This document shows positions 54,255 to 64,000 of a stretch of 64,000 bases of DNA, piece by piece. The stretch is taken from contig OZ024740.1 of the NCBI GenBank assembly GCA_964016885.1, positions 191,580,001-191,644,000 of the forward strand, read 5' to 3'. The notes beneath the pieces were generated by a model. The model made no database searches. It saw only the letters and a program-made list of their open reading frames with translations, and was not told where the DNA came from. The position numbers were made by a program, and so were the translations under genes. This DNA is from Eledone cirrhosa. Lineage: Eukaryota. Each line of letters opens with the position of its first letter. The stretch's first letter is position 1.

Positions 54255-54740
54255 TATAAAGAAAGAAGACACATTAGATATAAATAAAAATATATAATAT
54301 AACTAATTCCTTCATTATCCTCGACTGCGTAGTTTAGTGGCTATTATGCAAAAACATTACATCATAGAGATGCAGTATGTTTGTGAGGTTTGCCGACTTA
54401 TCAAGAGGATACCCTTAATGCGGTACCTCTTGAGTTTCAAAACACATCCGTAGGACGCGGGATTAACTCCCGAAAGGCGGAGGGGGAACTTATCACGTGA
54501 TACTGCGGTCAAGAAGCAGAGCTAAGCCTTTCGGGATTCAATCTCGCGTCTTACGGACGTGTTTTGAGATTCTAAATGAGGTATCCTCTTGATAAGTCGG
54601 CAAACCTCACAAAAATACTGAATCTCTATGATGAAATGTTTTTTGAATAAGAGCCACGAAGCTACGTAGTCGAGGATAGTGAAAGAATTTAGGTATATTA
54701 TATCTTTTTATTCATATCTAATGTTTCTTCTTTCATTATA
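54255..54740. repeat. About 490-bp imperfect palindrome (arms about 225 bp, loop about 54479-54525)
   Basis: Arms are reverse complements (e.g. gtgaggtttgccgacttatcaagaggatacc / ggtatcctcttgataagtcggcaaacctcac); another copy of the outer end starts at about 63921 and runs off the window. Confidence 0.93.
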
Positions 54741-55041
54741 AGGTATTATATAGCTCTGATATTGAATCAATCTAATCAATTCACATTATTTTGTGTCCAT
54801 TATTCATAGAGCAACAACGGTTATGGTTGGCACCACACAAATTCAGGGTTATATGAGGGTATATGCAGGTATATGTATGTATTCGTATTTGTCTGTATAT
54901 TTCTATGTATATATATATATGTCTTTTTATATATATATATAGGTAAATCAGGTTGGTGTTAGGAAGGGCATCCAGCTGTAGAATTCAACCCCGAATCAGT
55001 TCCCGTCCCACCCTTGCAAGCAGGGAAACTCTACCGTAGAA

Positions 55042-55093
<52 letters not shown>

Positions 55094-55101
<8 letters not shown>

Positions 55102-56669
55102 ATAAAGGGTGCTGCGGAGTTGCAAATCGGTTACATATGAAAAAAGTTTGTCCTTCATAAGTGATCTTCCAACTATCATAGGCATTTCAGCGCTTTAAAG
55201 ACCATATACCTCCGGTTGGTGCGAGCAACGGCTAAAAAAAGATGTTGGTACACGTAAATAAAGGGGACGGGAGGGTAAACAAACAAAATGGTGATGCAAC
55301 AGAAAATGAGGAAGAAAGAGACTAGTCCCAGATTTCTATGAATTTAAATTCGGTGAAATCGTGAACGAGAGAATAAAGACCATCAAACCTGGTTGAAATG
55401 TGAGCAAGGAAGGAATTTCGCACAGGTCTAACAGGAGGAAGAAGGGGTCTGGTCTGCGAATTCGGTAACCATAAGTTCTGTGAAATCGTAGACGAGAGAG
55501 AGAAAACATTCATACCAGCTTGGCCAGCGTGCGGGAGAAAAGAATTACACACAGGTCAAACGGGAAGAAAGAGGAGGAGGAGAGGTAGTGACAGAGAATG
55601 AGTGAGTGAAGGATGAGGAAGAGGCTAACAGAGAGAGAGAGAGACTGCTAGAAGGGTTAAGATACATAGAACGAAAAAGACATGTAGCAGCAGAGGAAAG
55701 AATATGTGTAAATATGAAAATAAGGGCGCTGCGGAGTTGCAAATGGGTTACATATGAAAACAGTGTGTCCTTCATCAGTGATCTTCCAACCATCATAGGC
55801 ATTTCAGCGCTTTAAAGACCATATACCTTTGGTTGGTGCGAGCAACGGTTTAAAAAATATGTTGGGACACGTAAATAAAGGGGATGCGAGTTTAAACAAA
55901 CAAAATGGTGAAGCAACAGAAAGTGATGAAGAAAGAGACAAGTCCCAGATTTCTATGAATTTAAATTCGGTGAATTCGTGAACGAGAGAATATAGACCAT
56001 CAAATCTGGTTGAAATGTGAGCAAGGAAGGAATTTCGCACAGGTCTAACGGGAGGAAGAAGGGGTCTGGTATGCGAATTCGGTAAACATAAGTTCTGTGA
56101 AATCGTAGACGAGAGAGAGAAAAAAATTCATAGCAGCTTGGCCAGCGTGCGGGAGAAAAGAATTACACACAGGTCAAACGGGAAGAAAGAGGAGGAGGAG
56201 AGGTAGTGACAGAGAATGAGTGAGTGAAGGGTGAGGAAGAGGCTAACAGAGAGAGAGAGAGACGCCTAGAAAGGGTAAAGATACATAGAACGAAAAATAC
56301 AGGTAGTAGCAGAGGAAAAAATATGTGTAAATATGAAAATAAGGGCGCTGCGGAGTTGCAAATGGGTTACATATGAAAAAAGTGTGTCCTTCATCAGTGA
56401 TCTTCCAACCATCATAGGCATTTCATCGCTTGATGGGAGCAACGGCTAAAAAAATATGTCGGGACACGTAAATAAAGGGGACGCAAGGTTAAACAAACAA
56501 AATGGTGAAGCAACAGAAAGTGATGTAGAAAGAGACAAGTCCCGGATTTCTATGAATTTAAATTCGGTGAAATCGTGAACGAGAGAATAAAGACCATCAA
56601 ACCTGGTTGTAATGTGAGCAAGGAAGGAATTTGGCACGGGTCTAACGGGAGGAAGAAGGGGTCTGGTAT
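55094..56669. repeat. About 618-bp tandem repeat, about 2.5 copies
   Basis: Unit start atatgaaaataa(a)ggg.gctgcggagttgcaaat at 55094, 55712 and 56331. Confidence 0.95.
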
Positions 56670-56928
56670 GTATACATATATATATATATAAATGAAAGTA
56701 TAGAAATGATTGTGAGCAAGAAGCCAACAGTATTTCATAAAATATGTAAGTGACTATAACGTCAAAATGGAAAATAATTAACGTAAGATATGTGAAAATA
56801 ATTCAAACTCAATGAAAAAAAATTCAAGACAGATTTTATCCACAGATTTTGTGAAATCCTGGGAAAAACCAATATAGTCTTAACTCAGAATAAATAAAAC
56901 CTAAATACTCATCCTTCAATTTTGATTG

Positions 56929-56966
<38 letters not shown>

Positions 56967-56977
56967 ATATATATATA

Positions 56978-57811
56978 AGCAAGATGTATGGTAGGTCGTA
57001 TGTGAATCGCGATGATCACGCCTGACCTACCAAATATGCGACGGTAGCTAGTTAAGCTCTATGCGTATAAGCAGAGCAGAAATATTAATGAAAAAGAACA
57101 GGTGATATATAACAGGTGATTGTAAGTTCATTATTTACATCAACGTTTCACTCAAGATTAGCAGTTTGAAATTGTGGTATACATCAACAGCTCCGCTTGT
57201 ATATTTGGAGTCTATATTCTAACGGAGCTCTTTTATATTATTTGTAGGAGTTGTAAAAGGGATGGGTTATAGGGAGTTAAGAGAATTTGAAAAGGGCCTA
57301 AGAGTCAGGGATTGAAGGTTAAAAATTAGAGAATTTATAATTTATTCATTAAAAGTGAAAGACTTGGGATCTCGTAGAAGCACCTTAAAAAATCCCTCAA
57401 TAAGTGCATAAAGCTTATAAGCCCCCAAACACCTAACAAACCAGAATAGATTAAGAGACTAAAAAAATAAAAAATTAAAATATACAGTTTCCTAAAAAAA
57501 TACAAAGTTTCCTAAAAAATTGCTTCAAAAGAAAAAAAATGTTTCTAAGAGATCACGTTAAAAAATTTCAGTAAATTTACGAAGTTTTGATAATCCCTAC
57601 TAAAGTTCTAAACTCAGAAATTAAAAATTAAAAATTAAATGTTGATGTATACCACAATTTCAAACTGCTAATCTTGAGTGAAACGTTGATGTAAATAATG
57701 AAATTACAATCACCCGTTATATGCCTTGAAAAGTCCCACCATATGGTCGGTCGAAACGGCTGTCGGCAATAAACTTGTTATAATGTCATAATAGTTCCTT
57801 TGTTCTGTTTC

Positions 57812-57815
<4 letters not shown>
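56978..57815. mobile_element. Short foldback member of the family forming the 60165-63490 palindrome
   Basis: 57105-57190 is inverted at 57640-57721; 56978-57100 is the reverse complement of 63470-63593; hammerhead motif at 57722-57768. Confidence 0.85.
57722..57773 (+). ncRNA. Minimal hammerhead ribozyme motif, U3-A8 core variant, followed by AATAAA
   Basis: tgcc-TTGAAAA-gtcc(caccatatggtc)ggtc-GAAAC-ggct-GTC-ggca-ATAAA; stem I tgcc/ggca. Confidence 0.7.
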
Positions 57816-57857
<42 letters not shown>

Positions 57858-57931
57858 AAGGAAATGTGATAGGGAACCAGGTGGAACATAACGCACCAAC
57901 GTACTCAATACTTAGGGTAGTAGAGTGGGTA

Positions 57932-58038
57932 ATAGGAACGATAGGACCCCGACGGCTGAGCTCAAGCCGTTTCGACGGCTAACTCTGAATTGGCCGTCGA
58001 AACGGCTTGAGCTCAGCCGTCGGGGTCCTACTCGTTCC

Positions 58039-58041
<3 letters not shown>
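57932..58041. repeat. GC-rich hairpin: 38-bp perfect arms (57942-57979 / 57993-58030), extended by 10 bp past a 1-nt bulge
   Basis: taggaccccgacggctgagctcaagccgtttcgacggc versus gccgtcgaaacggcttgagctcagccgtcggggtccta. Confidence 0.95.
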
Positions 58042-58074
<33 letters not shown>

Positions 58075-58084
58075 CATACATATT

Positions 58085-58195
<111 letters not shown>

Positions 58196-58202
58196 GTATA
58201 TA

Positions 58203-59024
58203 TATACAAAGATCGGAATTAAAGTATTCCGCTGTTCACAGTAATAATAATATTAGCTCAAAGAAGAACAGAGAACTTTCATCTGACCTGCAATACAAAT
58301 ATATTACATAGATAGAAATGTGTTACAGATTAGGATGTGTGTAAAGGATTATTACATGTGAGTTTAACCTTTACTGTATGGAGAACAATGCCTACAGGTT
58401 AGCAATTAAATAGAAAAAACGTAAGTCAGAATTAAATCTCTGAATTAGAATGTTAAATTACCAACCTTATAACTATACGCTTGCTGATACGAGCCTAGTC
58501 TGTTTCATCAAGAAATGTGTGGTGTACCAGCCTACAAGTTCCTCAATTAGCAAGTATTGGTGTTGTTCACGACACATCTAGCCTAATGGGTTGAAAGAAA
58601 CCTACTATACACGCTGCCCTGTGTGGGGCGAAATCACGTGTTATTTGCATCAAAAAACGGCTTTGATTGATTGGGGAAAATGCTAGAGAGGTCAGCCCAA
58701 ACATTCGAATGTATTAGCTCAACAAACTGGAGCTCATTAAATATACAAAGATCGAATTAAAGTATTCCGCAGTTCACAGTAATAATAATAGTAGATCAAA
58801 GAAGAACAGAGAACGTTCATGTGAGCTCAAATACAAATATATTACACAAAGAGAAGTGTGTTACACAGTAAATGTGTGTGTAAAGGATTATTACATGTAA
58901 GTTTAATCGTACTGTATGGAGAACAATACCTACAGGTTGACAATTAAATAGAAAAATGCTAAGGCAGAATCAAATTTCTGAATTAGAGTTTGAAATTATC
59001 ATCTTTATAACCATACGCTTGCTC
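58203..59024. repeat. About 539-bp tandem repeat, about 1.5 copies
   Basis: tatacaaagatcg(g)aattaaagtattccgc...atacgcttgct occurs at 58203 and 58742. Confidence 0.9.
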
Positions 59025-59052
59025 ACATCTTACACACATCTTACTGTCTAAC

Positions 59053-59106
<54 letters not shown>

Positions 59107-59285
59107 GTAAATGAAAGGTATAGAAAATGTTGTAGCAAAAAGCCAACAGCATTCCATAATATATAAGTGACTATATATCAATCATCATCTTCATAATTTT
59201 ACGTCCGCTTTTCCCTGCTTTCAAGGGTGTGACAGGAACTTATTCTGGCTTGATTTCAACAGTTGGATGCCTTCCTAACAAAAAC

Positions 59286-59882
<597 letters not shown>

Positions 59883-59935
59883 TCGGTTTCAACACACGTT
59901 TTCAGATAAAGAATATTGCTAAACAAATTCAGAAA

Positions 59936-59997
<62 letters not shown>

Positions 59998-60019
59998 GAT
60001 ATAAATATATATATATACG

Positions 60020-60061
<42 letters not shown>

Positions 60062-60094
60062 GATATATATATATACGATATATATATATATACG

Positions 60095-60168
<74 letters not shown>

Positions 60169-61193
60169 TGAAAAAGAACAAAGGAACTATTATGACATTA
60201 TAACAAGTTTATTGCCGACAGCCGTTTCTTCCGACCACATGGTGGGACTTTTCAAGGCATATAACATGTGATTGCAATATCATTATTTACATCAACGTAT
60301 CACTCAAGGCTAGCAGTTTGAAATTGTGGTATACATCAGCAACTCCGCTTGTATAGTTGGGGTCTATATTCTAAGGGGGCTCTTTTATATTAGATGTCGG
60401 GGTCAGGGATTGAAGTGTAAAAATTAGATAATATATAATTTACGCTTTAACAGTAAACTAAAAGAACTTGGGGTCCCGTAGAAGCACCTTAGAAAATCCC
60501 TCAATAAGTGCATAAAGCTTACAGGCTCCAATAAATCTACTGGACTAGAAGAAATTAAGAGGCTAATAAAATAAAAAATAAAAATATAAAGTTTCCCTAA
60601 AAAATATATAAAGTTTCCTATGAAATTCCTTCTAGAGAAAATTATTTTTTTCCGATAGAAAAAAACCTTCTTCCCCCGATTTCACGTTTACAAATTTCAG
60701 AAAACTTACGTAGTTTTGATATTCCCTACTAAGTTGAAAGAAACTAATCAATTAAAGTTTAATTCAAAGAGCCTTCTATAATTCTCTCATAAAGACATAA
60801 TTCTCTCATAAAGACATAATAATATATATTCCTGCCTAATTAAGGTATAAGGTAGCTTCAGTAATCTAACAATGTATTATCACAAAAAATTATTATAAAA
60901 TTATTGATACAGGATTAACAAAGACATAATAATATATTTTCCTGCCTAATTAACAAGTAATCAAAACACTATTAACAGTCAGGCAAAATTAGCTCAGGGA
61001 TATCCCGCGCTCGGATACTTTACACACACACAGCAACACATAGGATTAGCACAGACACAATGGTATATTCCTGCCTAATTAACAAACAATCGATTAACAA
61101 TTGATGGTCAAGAAAATGTACTCAGGGATATCCCGCGCACGGATATTTACATACATACAACAGGATGAACAGTACTGGTGACCGTGTGGGCGC

Positions 61194-61322
61194 GATATCC
61201 ATTATGCGTATGTAGTCATCTGCATAGCTCCAGACACGATATCCATTATGCGTATGTGGTCATCTGCATAGCTCCAGGCACGATATCCATTATGCGTATG
61301 TAGTCATCTGCATAGCTCCAGG
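61194..61322. repeat. 44-bp minisatellite (3 copies in the left arm; 2 in the right arm at about 62090-62172)
   Basis: Unit gatatccattatgcgtatgt(a/g)gtcatctgcatagctccag(a/g)cac. Confidence 0.9.
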
Positions 61323-63391
61323 CAAAGCTGGTCTTGTTTAAAAGTTCATGGATCAACTGGGATTCACTATCAGCTGCGTGGACTCTCTGGGAGATGTACC
61401 TGTGGATCTAATAGCCAGTGGTTGCTGGATGTTGTCCGTTCGATCTTTTAGTTTCAGGGGTTGTACGCTTTCGCGATAGACCAGCCTGCCGGTTCTCAGT
61501 CCAAGGTCTTGCTACGTACGATGTATTGGTCTACATGTTATATTGTTAAAAAAACCAGTGTGGATTTGACTGGGGTGGTATATTACGAACTCCAAGCCCA
61601 CACGCGACTGGTCAAAAGCGAAGGGCTGTTCCCTCTTTGTTTGCTGTATGGATAACGTAGACGCCGGACCATACCCGCAAATATATACCCTGATCTGTCT
61701 TGAATATACAGGGCTGACGGAATATGGATAACACGACCACCATCTAAGCTGGGACCGACCCATACAGCAAACAAAGAGGGAACAGCCCTTAGCTTTTGAC
61801 CAGTCGCGTGTGGGTTTGGAGTTCGTAATATACCACCCCAGTCAAATCCACACTGGTTTTTTTAACAATATAGCATGTAGACCAATACATCCTACGTAGC
61901 GAGACCTTGGACTTAGAACCGGCAGGCTGGTCTATCGCGAAAGCGTACAACCCCTGAAACTAAAAGATCGAACGGACCACATCTAGCAACCACTGGCTAT
62001 TAGATCCACAGGTACATCTCCCAGAGAGTCCACGCAGCTGATAGTGAATCCTAGTTGATCCATGAACTTTTAAACAAGACCAGTTTTGCCTGGAGCTATG
62101 CAGATGACCACATACGCATAATGGATATCGTGTCTGGAGCTATGCAGATGACTATATACGCATAATGGAATCGCGCCCACACGGTCACCAGTACTGTTCA
62201 TCCTGTTGTATGTATGTAAATATCCGTGCGCGGGATATCCCTGATTACATTTTCTTGACCATCAATTGTTAATCGATTGTTTGTTAATTAGGCAGGAATA
62301 TACCATTGTGTCTGTGCTAATCCTATGTGTTGCTGTGTGTGTGTAAAGTATCCGAGCGCGGGATATCCCTGAGCTAATTTTGCCTGACTGTTAATAGTGT
62401 TTTGATTACTTGTTAATTAGGCAGGAAAATATATTATTATATCTTTGTTAATCCTGTATCAATAATTTTATAATAATTTGTTGTGATAATACATTGTTAG
62501 ATTACTGAAGCTACCTTATACCTTCTTAAAAAATACATTTTATAATTATTGTCTTTTTGCTTATGTATTTTCTTATTTACCACTTTCTTTAATCTTGCCC
62601 AACTTGGTAAACTCCTTGAATTGCTCCCTAATTAAATTACTTAAATTACTTAAATTATTGCATCTATTATGCCTAAGTTGTATCTGTTGAAGTAGCCCTT
62701 TGAAAATTCCTCGGATATCCCAAATACCGTAATTTTTAACTTTTAATGTATAATTTTCCTCAATTCGTTTTTATATATAACCTCAAAGGCTCTCTAAAAT
62801 TTTAATTCTTCGAAGGGTCTCTCGGAAGACGTTCCTATTAAAAATATTAAAGGGGTCTTTTCTGAGAGAATTATAGAAGGCTCTTTGAATTAACCTTTAA
62901 TTGATTAGTTTCTTTCAACTTAGTAGGGTATATCAAAACTTCGTAAGTTTTCTGAAATTTGTAAAACGTGATCTCGGGGGAAGAAGGTTTTTTCCTTCGG
63001 AAAAAAAATTTTTTCTCAAGAAGGAATTTCATAGGAAACTTTATATATTTTTTAGGGAAACTTTATATTTTTATTTTTTATTGTATTAGCCTCTTACTTT
63101 CTTCTAGTCTAGTAGGCTTATTGGAGCCTGTAAGCTTTATGCACTTATTGAGTGATTTTCTAAGGTGCTTCTACGGGACCCAAGTTCTTTTAGTTTACTG
63201 TTAATGCGTAAATTATATATTATCTAATTTTTAAACTTCAATCGCTGACCCCGACAACTAATATAAAAGAGCCCCCTTAGAATATAGACACCAACTATAC
63301 AAGCGGAGTTGCTGATGTATACCACACTTTCAAACTGCTAGCCTTGAGTGATACATTGATGTAAATAATGATCTTACAATCACATGTTATA

Positions 63392-63443
63392 TGCCTTGAA
63401 AAGCCCCACCATGTGGTCGGACGAAACGGCTGTCGGCAATAAA
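63392..63443 (+). ncRNA. Minimal hammerhead ribozyme motif, U3-A8 variant, + AATAAA (mirror copy on - strand at 60208-60259)
   Basis: tgcc-TTGAAAA-gccc(caccatgtggtc)ggac-GAAAC-ggct-GTC-ggca-ATAAA. The three copies give a perfect consensus stem II GTCC/GGAC. Confidence 0.72.
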
Positions 63444-63590
63444 CTTGTTATAATGTCATAATAGTTCCTTTGTTCTTTTTCACTACTATTCTGCTCTGCG
63501 TATACGCATAGAGCTTAACTAGCTACCGTCACATATTTGGTATGTCAGACGTGATCATCGCGATTCACATACGACCTACCATACATCTTA

Positions 63591-63668
<78 letters not shown>

Positions 63669-64000
63669 TGTGTGTGTATGTGTGTGTGTGTGTGTGTGTA
63701 TAGGTGGGTGTGTATGTGTGTGTATATATATATGTATATGTATATATATATACAATATACAGAAACACACATATATATGCGGACACATACATATACATGA
63801 ATATATCCACATATTTCCTTGAATTAGTGGTGCCAACCTCAACCGATGTTGCTCTATGAATAACTAGGACAAAATAATCCGAATGGATTAGAGTGATTCA
63901 ATATCAGAGGTATATAATACATTATAAGAGAGAAGAAACATTAAATATAATTAATAAGATATACCATACCCACATTCCTTCTTTATTCTTCCACTACGTA

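Larger units (their letters stand above)
60165..63490. repeat. 3.3-kb palindrome: arms about 60165-61651 and 61760-63490, about 108-nt central loop, right arm with about 330 bp extra
   Basis: Arms read as reverse complements throughout (e.g. tagtgaaaaagaacaaaggaactattatgac / gtcataatagttcctttgttctttttcacta; tttgctgtatgg / ccatacagcaaa at the centre). Confidence 0.96.

Noticed and set aside
61194-61322. 44-bp repeats as a CRISPR array
   Set aside because: Head-to-tail units with no unique spacers, eukaryotic context and no cas genes.

Overview
AT-rich eukaryotic genomic DNA made almost entirely of repeats. The SINE and microsatellite content resembles octopus/cephalopod DNA (inference, no database check). 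I found no convincing host protein-coding gene. Most short ORFs in the track are (TA)n, (AAT)n or (TC)n artefacts or broken retrotransposon frames. Recognisable elements are two decayed Dong/R4-type RLE LINE families, a GC-rich Tx1-clade LINE with an uninterrupted 1139-aa ORF2, CRE and RTE LINE relics, a Chapaev3-like DNA transposon relic, tRNA-derived SINEs and two Penelope-like element (PLE) relics. The Tx1 element, a SINE and Dong/R4 copies are nested through (TAA)n tracts. The most striking signal is at least six sequence-unrelated non-coding families forming long inverted repeats (0.5-3.7 kb) and/or 460-620 bp tandem units, mostly in or next to (TA)n tracts. Several carry minimal type I hammerhead ribozyme motifs, including U3-A8 core variants, often followed by AATAAA. 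In every foldback the ribozyme-sense strand points outward from the symmetry axis. This suggests a set of non-autonomous PLE-derived, retrozyme-like foldback elements. All alignments, folds and translations outside the ORF track were done by eye.
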